DNA of 64,000 bases from an uncultured Gemmatimonadales bacterium (GCA_963821525.1 CAWGED010000019.1:1024001-1088000); one strand, 5' to 3'; positions 42,317 through 52,789 are shown, counted from the first letter of the stretch. Program-made: numbers and translations. The notes: a model not told the origin generated them from the letters alone.

Positions 42317-43237
42317 CTACGGAGCTCCGATCTTGCCGACGACGGTCATGCGCTTCTTGTCACGCATGATGTCGAGCTTGAAGCTCTCGCTCCCCTCATA
42401 ACTCCGGAGAATCCTCAGGAGGTGCGAGGCGTTGGCCGGCTCTCGTCCGTCCACGGCAAGAACCACGTCCCCTCCCCTCAGGCCCAGCTTCGAATCAGCC
42501 GGTACGCTGATGACGAGGATGCCTTCACTGGTCCCGAAATAGCGACCCAGATCGGGATTGAGCGGCGCCAGCTCGAGATCGGCCAGCGGTGAACCGAAGG
42601 CGAAACGCATCGGCGCATCGGGGTGGATCATTCGCATCGGATAGCGAGGCTGGCTGTCTTCAGGATCGAATCCCCGCATCGCGTCCTGGAACTGACGGAA
42701 GGATTCGTCACCACCCATCGAATAACCGAAGCCTCCGTCCGGAGTCCGCCACATGATGGTCGGCTCGTCTCCGGTGATGAGGCTGACGGTTTTCCGTTCC
42801 TTCCCCCGGCGGAACTCGACCGCAATCGTGTCATTGGGGTCGAGGCGCGCGGCGAGCTCGGTGAGGCGCAAGCCAGGCGCCGAATCATCGTTGTTCGCCC
42901 GGGCCTGACCGTCGAGCAAGGAGGAGCCGGCCAGCTTCGTGATCACGTCACCCGAGCGAAGGCCGGCCTTGGCCGCCGGCCCGTTGGGCGTGACCGAGCT
43001 GACCAGCGCACCAATCGAATCGGTATCGCGAGCTCGCAGGTTGACCGAGATCCCCAAGCGGGCGCGCCGGCTGGTGAGGACCTGAAATACCGGCCGGACG
43101 TCTCCCTCGACCCGGATGACGCCGGGAGGAATCACTTTGGGTTGAGCAGGGGTATCCTGCGCGACGACAGCCGGAGAAATCAGAAGGCAGGTTGCCAGGG
43201 AAATCAGGGTGCTCCGCATTGCTTCAGCCATCGCCAC
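42317..43237 (-). CDS. Secreted protein with two PDZ domains
   Basis: Signal peptide; RLGISV...GPAAKAGLRSGDVI and GLRGGDVVLAVDG. Confidence 0.85.
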   Translation of the reverse strand: MAMAEAMRSTLISLATCLLISPAVVAQDTPAQPKVIPPGVIRVEGDVRPVFQVLTSRRARLGISVNLRARDTDSIGALVSSVTPNGPAAKAGLRSGDVITKLAGSSLLDGQARANNDDSAPGLRLTELAARLDPNDTIAVEFRRGKERKTVSLITGDEPTIMWRTPDGGFGYSMGGDESFRQFQDAMRGFDPEDSQPRYPMRMIHPDAPMRFAFGSPLADLELAPLNPDLGRYFGTSEGILVISVPADSKLGLRGGDVVLAVDGREPANASHLLRILRSYEGSESFKLDIMRDKKRMTVVGKIGAP

Positions 43238-43240
43238 CGA

Positions 43241-43837
43241 TCAGAGGCCCACGTTCGAGGCGCGAGTCACGTGGACGTCCATGAGAGCGTCGAGCAGGCC
43301 GATCCGTTCGCGGTAGAGGTTCAGCAGGGCGGTATCCCGCTCCCGGGCGCGAAGCAACTGCGCCATCTCGAGTTGCCGATCGATGCGGGCGATCTGGTCC
43401 TCCAGAGCTCCGGCCATGCCGTCGGTATGGCCGTCCGTGATGCGGCCATCGGAGTTAAACGACTCGAGGAGCTGCTCCAGTTGCCCTGACCGAGCCATGG
43501 CGTCGGAGAGGGCCGGGGAAAGCGTCTTCGAGGAAGCCGAGGCTCCGTGAAGCAGCAGCATCAAGGCGAGTCCTGCCGCAATGGCGAGTCCGCCGGTCGC
43601 CAGACGCCCAGTCCGGACCTGGCGTTCGGCCCGGAGCCGAGCTTCCACCGCCGGCCAGGAATCGCGGGAGGGTTTAAGAGTCGGCAGTGCCTTGAGGCGC
43701 GCTACCCTCTGCTCCAGGCGATCAGCCTCGCGGCGACATGCTTCGCACTCCGAGAGATGCTTCTCGGCCTCGGCCTGGCCGGGTTCGCGACCGGGCTCCC
43801 GCAGCCGAACCAGGGTATCGAGGTCAATGTGCGTCAT
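43241..43837 (-). CDS. zf-HC2 anti-sigma factor
   Basis: HLSECEAC, TM helix, coupled to the ECF gene. Confidence 0.8.
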   Translation of the reverse strand: MTHIDLDTLVRLREPGREPGQAEAEKHLSECEACRREADRLEQRVARLKALPTLKPSRDSWPAVEARLRAERQVRTGRLATGGLAIAAGLALMLLLHGASASSKTLSPALSDAMARSGQLEQLLESFNSDGRITDGHTDGMAGALEDQIARIDRQLEMAQLLRARERDTALLNLYRERIGLLDALMDVHVTRASNVGL

Positions 43838-44373
43838 ACCAGCGTCTCCTCCCCGAGCCAGCGGCGGAGGCGAGTATGTGCGCGCGCCAATTGCGATTTC
43901 GAAAAGCTTACTGTCCTGCCCATCATCCCCGCGATTTCCTCGTGGGTGTATCCCTCGACATCGTGCAGCCACACCACCGCTCGTGAGGTTTCGGGCAAGC
44001 GCTCCAGTGCCGCTTCGAGATCCATGCGCAGCCCGTGGTCGGAGCGGGGGCCCTGATGAGCCTCGTCTTCCAGCTCATCGGTGTCCCGATACTTGTTCCG
44101 CCGGAGCCGCATCAGCGCCTTGCTCGCGGCAACCGTGCGAATCCAGCCCCAGAGACTCCCTTCGCCCCGATACTGCCGCAGGTTCCGGCAGACTTCGAAG
44201 AAGGTCTCCTGCATCACGTCCTCGGCATCTTCCGAGGTGCGGCAGATCCGCCGGGCCAGGTTGTAGACTGGCGTCTCGAAGGCGCGATAGAGCTCCTCCA
44301 GCGCGGCGACATCGCCGGCCCGGGCTTGGGCCAGGACTACTTCTGCGTTGGGGAGGGGGATGGCATCGGCCAT
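43834..44373 (-). CDS. ECF sigma factor
   Basis: DAEDVMQETF, WGWIRTVA and LHDVEGYTHEEIA...FSKSQLARA. Confidence 0.93.
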   Translation of the reverse strand: MADAIPLPNAEVVLAQARAGDVAALEELYRAFETPVYNLARRICRTSEDAEDVMQETFFEVCRNLRQYRGEGSLWGWIRTVAASKALMRLRRNKYRDTDELEDEAHQGPRSDHGLRMDLEAALERLPETSRAVVWLHDVEGYTHEEIAGMMGRTVSFSKSQLARAHTRLRRWLGEETLV

Positions 44374-44385
44374 GGTGCCGATAAA

Positions 44386-44412
44386 GATGCGGGAATCGGG
44401 CCTACAGTTGCA
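44386..44412 (-). promoter_or_regulatory. Candidate autoregulatory ECF promoter
   Basis: TGCAAC-N17-CATC on the minus strand just upstream of the ECF ATG (AAC...CGT-like pattern). Confidence 0.45.
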
Positions 44413-44450
44413 GGGAGGGAGGGCCCGAGGATCGGTCCATTCGGCGCCGC

Positions 44451-44501
44451 AAAGCAACAGCGGAGGTCAGAGAGTCGGGCTCACCTCTAACCTCCGCTGT
44501 T
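44451..44501 (-). terminator. Terminator downstream of the S8 peptidase
   Basis: 17 bp stem aacagcggaggtcagag/ctctaacctccgctgtt, followed by gcttt on the minus strand. Confidence 0.7.
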
Positions 44502-45919
44502 ACAATAATTTACCTACTACAAGTGATCGCATGCTGCGGCCTCCAGACACATTCAGTCGACCCGCACCGAATACCTTGGCCGGTCCGATGATGTCGGCGT
44601 TGGCGCGAATGCACTCCTCGATCTGGATCGGCCTGACTCGACCCGGAAGCTGGGATTCGACGACCGCCGCCGCCGCTGCCACATGGGGCGCGGCCTCGCT
44701 GGTGCCTGCCGCGAGGAGGTAGTCGCTGGTGCTGCAATCGAAAGGCAGCGTCAGCTGGAAGTGGCTGCAGGGGCCCAACACGAGATCAACTTGGTCACCC
44801 CCGGGGAGTAAGTCACCGCCAGGGGCGAACAGATCCACGCCAGAGTCGGCCGAAGTTGGAGTAGCTCGCCAGCATGTCGAAATTCTGCTGGTTGAACGGC
44901 GCTGTCGCTCCCACGCTCATAACGCCCTTAATCTGAGCCGGGATAGGAGATCAGGTTGCCGTCCTCATTGAGATTGGCACCGTCATTCCCCGCCGAGGCA
45001 ACGACGACGACGCCCTTGTCGCGGGCGAATGCCACGGCGCGAGTGAGCACCTTAATCAGCCCCTCGACGCCGGGAAGGGTTTTATCGATGTACGACCCGA
45101 GACTCATGTTGATCACACCAGCGCCGCTCTGGGCCGCCAGCACGATGCCGGTGATGATGTCTCCGAAACTGCCGGAGCCGGTCACCCGCAGCACCTTGAT
45201 GGAGCAGAGCCGGGCGTCAGGCGCGACTGACGCGACGCCGATGCCGTTGGTCGCGATGAATCCGGCGGAAAGCGTACCGTGGCCGTTGTGGTCCAGCGGA
45301 TCCAGGTCACCCGGGAAGACTGGGGTGCTGATCACGGAGGTCATGAGGTCGACCCGGCCGGCGATGTCGATATGGTCGGGATCGATACCGGTGTCGAGGA
45401 CGCAGACCGTCCTGCCCGCCGCCACCGTTAGAGGCGCCCCAGGCCTGATCGGCGTGCGACCTGGCGAATGTTCCACTGGAATGGGAAGAATGCAGCGTCG
45501 CTCTGATCCGTCCCTGAAGCGACCGGATTCGGAAGTGACGACAACTGCAGCTTGGCGTCCTGAGGAGCCGGGATCCATTGCAGGATCAGATCGCGATCGA
45601 CCCGGGAGACACCAGTGGTCTTGCTGAGCGAGACAGCCGCCGCGTCGGTCAGGCCGGTAACCTCCGCCTCACCGATCATCTTCTGACGCCGAACAATGGT
45701 GCCGCCGAGTGCCTTCACCGACTTCGCGAAGGAGGCTGGCTCGGTGGTCTTGAAGGTGACGACGTGGCGATCGCTGGGAGTAACTGAGGCGGGGAGCTGC
45801 GGTGCAGGAGCACGGGACATCGATTCATTGCTAGGAGTCATGGACTCATCGACGCAGGCGGCGGCAATGAGTACCGTCGCCGCTGCAAGCGCGGGACGCA
45901 CAGAAAGTCGCGAGAACAT
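44500..45919 (-). CDS. S8 subtilisin-like lipoprotein peptidase split by at least two frameshifts
   Basis: Lipobox IAAAC and propeptide (45428..45919); VLDTG, NGHGT and SAGN (44928..45578); DLFAPGG and GTSEAAPHV (44500..44838). Confidence 0.85.
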
Positions 45920-46024
45920 GGGGCCTTTGTGGTGGGAGATGCGACAACTTGCCGGGCACAGGAAAACCCGTCAAGAGCGGCATTCACGCCACAGCGAGTA
46001 TGGTATGGGAGTTATACTGGTTGC

Positions 46025-47168
46025 ATGACTGCGACACGCCCGCCCCAAGCTTCGATGCCCGCACCCCACCTGTGGCTTCATCACCTCCAGGATGAGGCCG
46101 ACGCGGCATTTCTGTATCGGGAGCTGGCCAAGGCAGAGCAGGATCCGCGGAGAGCCGCCCTCTACGATGGATTAGCCACCGTCGAGGACCGACACGTAGC
46201 GGTTTGGCACAAACTGCTGGAAGACCACGGCCACCCAATCCCCTCCATTCGACCCTCGCGCCGGGCCCGGGTGATGAGTTGGGCGGCTCGGCGGTTTGGA
46301 CCAGGGTTCCTTCTCCCGATGCTGCTCGAGGAAGAGGGCCGTGAGGTAAAAAGCTATCTCCGACTCTCGCATCAGAGCGCCGAGGAGGATGCCCGCAGTG
46401 CAGCGCTGCGCCTGGCCCGTGAGTCGGCGGAGCATGCAGGATCGCTTGCCGGGCTGAGCGGAGCCGCGGGGGAGCCTTGGCACAAGACCGGGGCGGGCGG
46501 CCTGCTCCGCAATCTGGTCTACGGCTTCAACGATGGCCTGACCGCCAACTTTGGCCTCGTCGCTGGAATGCTGGGCGCGCAGGGGCACCTCAACATCTCG
46601 GGACATGCGGTGGTGGTTGCGGGGATCGCGGGGATGGTGGCGGATGCGCTCTCGATGGGTTCCTCCGGATACCTCGCCGCCAAGAGCGAGCGGGAGGTGT
46701 TCGAGCACGAGATCGCGATGGAGCGGGAGGAGATCCGCCTGATGCCCGAGCTGGAGCAGGAGGAGCTGACCCTGCTCTATCAGGCGAAGGGGGTCCCGGA
46801 GGAGCAGGCGAAGGAAATGGCCGCCCAGCTCATGCTGGACCCGGAGCGCGCACTCGAGGAGCAGGTCCGGGAAGAGCTGAAGATCGGTGAGGCTAATTCA
46901 CACGCCGTTGCGCGAGGGGTGGATCACCGGAGTCTCGACCGCCTTCGGCGCCTTCATCCCGGTGGCACCGTTTCTCGTGAGCACCGGCCCGGGCGCGATC
47001 TGGACCTCACTCGCGGTATCCATGACGGCTCACTTCGGGGTCGGCGCCGCTCGCAGCTTTTTCACCGGCCGGGGAGTCATCCGCAGCGGCTTGGACATGT
47101 TCGTGGTGGGGTTGGGTGTGGCCGGAGTGGGATACCTGGTGGGGGAGTGGATCACGAAGCTGCTGTAG
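46025..47168 (+). CDS. Ferritin-like domain plus VIT1/CCC1 transporter (frameshift near 46900)
   Basis: EDRH and ESAEH; LRNLVYGFNDGL and ALSMG; the last TM helices (FGAFIPVAPF) are in ORF 46887..47168. Confidence 0.87.
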
Positions 47169-47199
47169 AACTCACCCGCTGGAGCCTCTTCGCTGACCA

Positions 47200-47246
47200 T
47201 AGCCTCACCCCCTGACCCCCTCTCCGTGAAACGGAGAGGGGGGACG
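47200..47246 (+). repeat. REP-like hairpin repeat, left copy
   Basis: tagcctcaccccctgaccccctctccgtgaaacggagaggggggacg. Confidence 0.9.
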
Positions 47247-47597
47247 GCGATTCAGGAATGTGCTGATCAACGATCTCAGCCGCGCCCGACTCAGCTCGGA
47301 TCCCCTGATCCGAAGCGTTTCAATTCCTTGATCCGCAAGAACTCGATCGCGGAACGCGTCGTACTCCGCCTGCTCCCGCTTCCGGTGTATGGGCCCATCA
47401 AGTTCCACCGCGAGCCGCAGCTCAGCACAGTAGAAGTCCAGGATGAACCCCCGGAAAAGGTGTTGTCGTCGGAACTTTAGGCCGAGACATCGTCGATTTC
47501 GCAAGATCTCCCAGACATAGCGCTCTCCGAGAGTGGGAGATTTTCGGAGCTCCCGGACTCGCAGCCGCTTCCAACTTCGAAGGATCCATCGACCCAT
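47205..47597 (-). CDS. DUF559 (Vsr-like) endonuclease domain protein
   Basis: RELRK..T..E..VWEILR, KFRRQH, FILDFYC, VELDGPIH and YD..RD. Confidence 0.92.
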   Translation of the reverse strand: MGRWILRSWKRLRVRELRKSPTLGERYVWEILRNRRCLGLKFRRQHLFRGFILDFYCAELRLAVELDGPIHRKREQAEYDAFRDRVLADQGIETLRIRGSELSRARLRSLISTFLNRRPPSPFHGEGVRG

Positions 47598-47664
47598 GCC
47601 CCACTATGCTGGTTTCCGTGGAGATCGCACTCACGAATTTTCCGCGGCTCGAGTCCCTAAAATG

Positions 47665-47711
47665 CGTTCCCCCTCTCCGCCACGCGGAGAGGGGGACAGG
47701 GGGTGAGGCTA
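47665..47711 (-). repeat. REP-like hairpin repeat, right copy
   Basis: Reverse complement reads tagcctcaccccctgtccccctctccgcgtggcggagagggggaacg. Confidence 0.9.
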
Positions 47712-47762
47712 GACGGATCAGGAGAAAGGACGAACCGGGAGGGAGCAGAGCGGAACGAGACC

Positions 47763-48872
47763 TTATGGCTCGAGAAACTTCTGCCCTATCGTAGTTCCCG
47801 CCGAGATGAAAGTCTCGTCGCTATTGATCAGGATGGCGACGACCAGGCGCTCCTTGGGACACAGCAGCAGGTGCGCGGTGCCTCCCATGCTCCCGCCGGT
47901 GTGGCTGATCCATTCCCGCCCGTCCGTGGTTCGCAGCGTCCCCCAGCCCATGCCGTAATCGGTGGCCTTCCCGTCCGAGGTGCGTTGCGGGGTCCACAGC
48001 ATCTTCACGGTCGCGGGCTTGAGGAGGGTACCCTCGAGCATCACCTCTCCAAACTGGGCGAGATCCTCGGTTGTTGAGAGGAAGCCGCCCCCAGCCCACT
48101 TGTAACTGTTATCCACGTATCGCGCGTTGAGCATCCCGCCGTTGGAATCGGGCCGCTCGTAGAACCGGGCTCGGAACGGAATGAGGCTGTCGGGAAACTC
48201 CGCCACGGTGTGGGTCATGCCCGCTGGGCCGAAAACCCGGTTGGACATGAAGGTGAGGAACGGTTGGCCGCTGGCGCCTTCGATGACCGCGGCAATGAGA
48301 TTCCACCCATAGGACGAGTAGGAGTACTTGGTGCCCGGCTGGAAGAGGAGCGTATCGTCCTGAAAAATCTTGAGGCCCTCGAGCACCGTCGCATAGTGCT
48401 TCTGGTTCTCGAACTCGCCCTCCTTGTAGTGCCGGATCCCCGCGAGGTGACCCGCCAGTTGACGGGTGGTAATGGGCCACGGTTTCTGGGGGAACGAAGG
48501 CACGTATTTCTGGATTGGCGCGTCGAGGTCGAGCTTGTGCTCCTCCACCAGCAGGCCCAGAGCGGCAGAAGTGAGCGGCTTTGAAACACTGCCGACCCGG
48601 AAGCGGGTAAGCGGCGTCGCCGGAACCTGCTGTTCCAGATCAGCCATGCCGAAGCCTTCGCTCCAGATCACATGGCCATCCTTGACGACGGTGATCGAGG
48701 CTCCGGGTGCGCCGAGGACGCGCATCGTGTCGCGAATGAACTGCCGGGTCCACTCGATTGCCTTCTCATAGCGGACGGGGGCTCCCATGACGGCGGGAAC
48801 CGGCGCCGGCGTTTGAGCCACGGCAGGAGAGGCAACGCAAAGCAGTCCCAACCATAGAATCGGGCGACGCAT
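47763..48872 (-). CDS. Serine hydrolase, beta-lactamase (class C-like) family
   Basis: Signal peptide, GSVSK (SxxK), YSYSSY and HTGG. Confidence 0.9.
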   Translation of the reverse strand: MRRPILWLGLLCVASPAVAQTPAPVPAVMGAPVRYEKAIEWTRQFIRDTMRVLGAPGASITVVKDGHVIWSEGFGMADLEQQVPATPLTRFRVGSVSKPLTSAALGLLVEEHKLDLDAPIQKYVPSFPQKPWPITTRQLAGHLAGIRHYKEGEFENQKHYATVLEGLKIFQDDTLLFQPGTKYSYSSYGWNLIAAVIEGASGQPFLTFMSNRVFGPAGMTHTVAEFPDSLIPFRARFYERPDSNGGMLNARYVDNSYKWAGGGFLSTTEDLAQFGEVMLEGTLLKPATVKMLWTPQRTSDGKATDYGMGWGTLRTTDGREWISHTGGSMGGTAHLLLCPKERLVVAILINSDETFISAGTTIGQKFLEP

Positions 48873-48909
48873 CAGGGCTCCCGGATGGACTTGTACTCGG
48901 AGACTTCCG

Positions 48910-51375
48910 TTAGACCACGAGATTCAGCAGGCGGTTCGGAACGTAGATGACCTTTCGCAGGGGCTTGTTGTCCACGAAGCGCGCGGTAGTCGGATCCTTC
49001 AGCGCGATTGCCACGACAGCCTTCTCCTCGGCGCCCTGAGGGATGCGGATCTTCGACCGGGTCTTTCCGTTGACCTGAACCGGGATCTCGATCTCATCCT
49101 CGACGATGAGACGGTCTTCCCAGACGGGCCAGCGAGCCTCGAACACCGACGCACCATGGCCCAGCCGCTCCCATGACTCCTCCGCGAAGTGCGGCGCGTA
49201 GGGGGCGAGCATGATCACCAGGTCTTCGATGATCGCGAGCGAGTGCGACTCTGCCTCCTTCATCGCGTTCACCAGCTCCATGAGAGCGGAAATCGCGGTG
49301 TTGTAGTGCAGCGCCTCGAGATCTTCGGTCACCTTCCGCTTGGTCCGATGCCAGCGGGCGACCAGATCCCTGGGCAGCTCCGTTTCGATCGCGGCGCTGC
49401 CCACCAACCCCCAGACCCGATCGAGGAAGCGACGCGGACCGTTGATGCCGGCGTCGCGGAAGTCGCCTCCCTCCTGGAAGGGCCCCAGGAACATGAGGTA
49501 CATCCGGAAGGTGTCGGCTCCCCACTGGGAGATGTACTGGTCGGGCACCACGATGTTGCCTTTGGTCTTCGACATCTTGGCCCCGTCCTTCACGATCAGG
49601 CCATGAGCCCGGAACCGGGCGAACGGCTCCTCGAACTGAAGGTGGCCAAGGTCGTGCAGCACCATCGTCATGAAGCGGGAGTAGAGCAGGTGCAGCACCG
49701 CGTGCTCGTTGCCGCCGATGTACGTGGTGACCGGGCACCAGGTCCTGGTCCGGGCCGGATCGAAGGGACGATCCTCGAACTCGGTACTGGGGTAACGCAG
49801 GAAGTACCACGACGAATCGAGGAAGGTGTCCGACACGTCGGTCTCGCGGCGACCCTTCTTCCCGCACTTGGGGCAGGGGACGTAGTACCACTCGTCATGC
49901 CGCGCGAGAGGTGAGATGCCGGAATCGTCGGGACGGAAATCCTCAATCGGCGGCAGCAGTACGGGAAGGTCCTTTTCCGGGACCGGTACCGGGCCGCAGT
50001 CGTCGCAGTAGATGATGGGGATCGGGGGACCCCAGTAGCGCTGCCGGGAGATGCACCAGTCATGCAGGCGATACTGGACTCTCCCGCTGCCCTTACCGTT
50101 CGCGATCAGCCAGTCGATGATGGCCCGCTTGCCTTGCTCGGCGGGCAGGCCGTCGAACTGGCCGGAGTTCACCAGCCGGTGTCCTTCTTCGCCGGGCTCA
50201 GCCAGCTCCACCGGATTGGCGGCAGATTCGCCTTCCTTGGCCAGCACTCTCACGATCTCGAGTCCATACTTCTTCGCGAACTCGAAGTCCCGCTCATCGT
50301 GAGCCGGCACCGCCATGATGGCGCCCGTCCCATACTCCATCAGGACGTAGTCGGCGATCCACACAGGCACCGGTTTCCCGGTGGCGGGGTTTATCGCGGA
50401 TGAACCGAGGAAGACACCGGTCTTCTCCCGGTCTCCCACCTTGCGACTCACCAGGTCCTTCCCCGCAGCCGCCTTTACGTAGGCCTCGACCTCGGCCTTC
50501 CGATCAGGGGTGGTGAGATGCCTGACCATGGGATGCTCGGGCGCCAGCACCATGAAGGTGGCGCCGAAGAGAGTGTCAGGGCGGGTGGTAAAAACCGTGA
50601 TTGCGAGTGGCGTGGAGGCGACGGGCGACGGGGCGACGGGTCTGCTATCACCTGTCGTTACCGGAAATGCGATCTCCGCCCCTTCCGAGCGGCCGATCCA
50701 GTTCCGCTGCGCGGTCCGCGTCGTCTCCGACCAGTCGATCGTGTCCAGGTTCTTCAGCAGCCGTTCGGCGTACTCGGTGATCCGGAAAAACCACTGCTCC
50801 AGGAATCGCTGCTCGACCAGCGCCCCGCAGCGTTCGCAGCGCCCGTTCTCGACCTGTTCGTTGGCGAGCACCGTCTTGTCGTTGGGGCACCAGTTGACGG
50901 CCGCGCGCTTCTTGTAGGCCTTGCCCGCCTTGAAGAGCTGCAGGAAGAGCCACTGGGTCCACTTGTAGTAGTCGGGATCGGTGGTGGAGACCTCGTGACG
51001 CCAATCGAACATCCCGCCGATCCGCTCCAGCTGGCGCCGGAAATTCGCGATATTCTGGGGAATCAGCTTGGCCGGATGAATCCCGATCTTGATCGCGTGA
51101 TTCTCGCTGTGGATGCCGAAGGCATCGAACCCGATCGGTTCGAATACGTCGTAACCCTGCAGCCGCTTGAACCGCCCGAACACGTCGCTGCCGGTGAAGG
51201 CGAACATGTTCCCCACGTGCAGTCCTTCCGCCGAGGGGTAGGGGAACATCATCAGGTTGAAGAAGGGCGTAGCCGGATGGTCGAGATCGGGCTGGTTGGT
51301 GCCCTTCTCGGCCCACCGGGCACGCCACTTGGCCTCGACGACGTCGGGCTGGTAGGTCGGTGCGTCTACGGTCAT
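48910..51375 (-). CDS. leuS: Leucine--tRNA ligase
   Basis: MFPYPS, HVGN (HIGH), [26 protein letters not shown] and KMSKT. Confidence 0.98.
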   Translation of the reverse strand: MTVDAPTYQPDVVEAKWRARWAEKGTNQPDLDHPATPFFNLMMFPYPSAEGLHVGNMFAFTGSDVFGRFKRLQGYDVFEPIGFDAFGIHSENHAIKIGIHPAKLIPQNIANFRRQLERIGGMFDWRHEVSTTDPDYYKWTQWLFLQLFKAGKAYKKRAAVNWCPNDKTVLANEQVENGRCERCGALVEQRFLEQWFFRITEYAERLLKNLDTIDWSETTRTAQRNWIGRSEGAEIAFPVTTGDSRPVAPSPVASTPLAITVFTTRPDTLFGATFMVLAPEHPMVRHLTTPDRKAEVEAYVKAAAGKDLVSRKVGDREKTGVFLGSSAINPATGKPVPVWIADYVLMEYGTGAIMAVPAHDERDFEFAKKYGLEIVRVLAKEGESAANPVELAEPGEEGHRLVNSGQFDGLPAEQGKRAIIDWLIANGKGSGRVQYRLHDWCISRQRYWGPPIPIIYCDDCGPVPVPEKDLPVLLPPIEDFRPDDSGISPLARHDEWYYVPCPKCGKKGRRETDVSDTFLDSSWYFLRYPSTEFEDRPFDPARTRTWCPVTTYIGGNEHAVLHLLYSRFMTMVLHDLGHLQFEEPFARFRAHGLIVKDGAKMSKTKGNIVVPDQYISQWGADTFRMYLMFLGPFQEGGDFRDAGINGPRRFLDRVWGLVGSAAIETELPRDLVARWHRTKRKVTEDLEALHYNTAISALMELVNAMKEAESHSLAIIEDLVIMLAPYAPHFAEESWERLGHGASVFEARWPVWEDRLIVEDEIEIPVQVNGKTRSKIRIPQGAEEKAVVAIALKDPTTARFVDNKPLRKVIYVPNRLLNLVV
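50617..50638 (+). repeat. GGCGACG x3 inside leuS
   Basis: ggcgacg ggcgacg g ggcgacg, encoding PVAPSPVA on the minus strand. Confidence 0.65.
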
Positions 51376-51393
51376 AGGGGCGGGAATTTACGC

Positions 51394-51446
51394 GGGAGAG
51401 GGGAGACGGGAGAAGGGAGACCTTTCCCTTTCCCCCCTCCCTGCCC
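51394..51446 (+). repeat. GGGAGAN x4 followed by pyrimidine-rich, partly complementary units
   Basis: gggagag gggagac gggagaa gggagac ctttccc tttcccc, in the divergent leuS/MCP gap. Confidence 0.75.
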
Positions 51447-51487
51447 TAACTTCCCCACCTCTCACCACTTACATCGCACGGAACTCT

Positions 51488-52789
51488 ATGGCCATTGCGC
51501 GCCAGACGTTTATCCGCAACCTGCATCAGGTCGGGCTGTTGACCGTGGCAGCGCTGGGGATCGCCGACGCGGGGATTCTCTGGGTTCTGCTGCGCGGCGT
51601 GTCTGGCTTCAGTCCGTCCCAGGTCATCATCCTGGCCACCGCGGCGATCGTGATACTGGGAACCCTGGTGATGCTGTTCCTGGTCAGCTGGCTTACCCGG
51701 GTGATTCTCCGGCCGGTATCCAACGCGGCCGCCGTAGCCGGCCGAGTCGCCGCGGGCGATCTCACCGCCCCTGAGTTCATCGCGCCGGGTGGCGCCAGTC
51801 AGGTGGACGCCCTCACCAACGCCGTCTCTGCGATGGTTACCGAGCTCCGGAGCCTGGTCGGTGCAATCCGGGGGAACGCGCAGGATGCAGCCGCCATGGC
51901 GCAGGAGATTTCCAGCGCGACTGAAGAGATGAGCGCGTCTACCGAAGAGGTGTCGGGCACCTGCAACGATCTCACCGATCGGGCTACCCGGCAGGCGACA
52001 CTGGTTCGGGCAGCGGCGGAAGACGCGGCCAAGATCCTCGCGATCGCGGAGGAGTTGGCCGCCAGCGCACTGGGGTCCGCCGAGCGCAATGCGGCGCTGG
52101 CCGAGCTGGCTCGGTCTCATAGAGAACAGCTGGACGAAAGCTCCGCCGAGCTGCAGCGGCTCGCGGAGGAGGTTGAGCGCGGCGCCGAGGAGGCGACGGC
52201 GCTCGCGGCAGCCAGCGAAGAGATCGGGAAGTTCGTGACTCAGACGAAGGCCATCGCGCGGCAGACCCACATGCTGGCGCTCAACGCGGGAATCGAAGCC
52301 GCGCGGGCCGGCGAGGAAGGGCGGGGCTTCGCGGTGGTGGCGGAAGAAGTGCGAAAGCTGGCGGGTCAGGCAGCGCAGGCCGCCACTTCGACCAGCGATA
52401 CGGTACGCGCCGTACAGACACGGGTCGAGGTGGCGCGGGACCGGCTGCTCCGTCTCGCCAAGGGAGGCCAAGCCGCACGGGAGGCCGCGGACACTGCGGC
52501 GCGGGGCCTATCGCGGGTTGCCAGCGATGCCGAAGCGAACGACAGCTGGACTCGGCAAATCTCCAAATCGGCGGACGAAGTTCGCGGGTTGATCGGCGGA
52601 ATCGTCGGCAGAATGTCGGAAGTGTCCGGGGGCACCGAGGACGTGGCCGCGGCCGCCGAGGAGATCGCCGCTTCGTCTCAGGAGCTGAGCGCTTCGACCA
52701 CCGAGATCGCCAATTCGGCACAGCAACTGGCGCACGCCGCGCAGGCGCTCTTTGGAGAGGTCAGCCGATTCAAGGTTGAAGCGCACTGA
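51488..52789 (+). CDS. Methyl-accepting chemotaxis protein
   Basis: Two N-terminal TM helices, HAMP domain, [34 protein letters not shown]. Confidence 0.93.
   Translation: MAIARQTFIRNLHQVGLLTVAALGIADAGILWVLLRGVSGFSPSQVIILATAAIVILGTLVMLFLVSWLTRVILRPVSNAAAVAGRVAAGDLTAPEFIAPGGASQVDALTNAVSAMVTELRSLVGAIRGNAQDAAAMAQEISSATEEMSASTEEVSGTCNDLTDRATRQATLVRAAAEDAAKILAIAEELAASALGSAERNAALAELARSHREQLDESSAELQRLAEEVERGAEEATALAAASEEIGKFVTQTKAIARQTHMLALNAGIEAARAGEEGRGFAVVAEEVRKLAGQAAQAATSTSDTVRAVQTRVEVARDRLLRLAKGGQAAREAADTAARGLSRVASDAEANDSWTRQISKSADEVRGLIGGIVGRMSEVSGGTEDVAAAAEEIAASSQELSASTTEIANSAQQLAHAAQALFGEVSRFKVEAH

Larger units (their letters stand above)
47200..47711. mobile_element. Candidate mini-element: DUF559 gene between 47 bp inverted hairpin repeats
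   Basis: 47200..47246 and 47665..47711 are inverted copies; both outer ends are TA. Confidence 0.6.

Noticed and set aside
44500..45919. S8 peptidase as a true pseudogene
   Set aside because: The catalytic Asp, His, Ser and oxyanion Asn motifs are all intact, so indel error is more parsimonious. It remains unresolved without reads.
47200..47711. Classical IS element
   Set aside because: There is no DDE, HUH or serine transposase and it is too short. It is kept only as a candidate repeat-associated element.
47763..48872. Antibiotic-resistance beta-lactamase
   Set aside because: It has generic SxxK serine hydrolase motifs with YSS and HTG variants, which do not support a true AmpC call.
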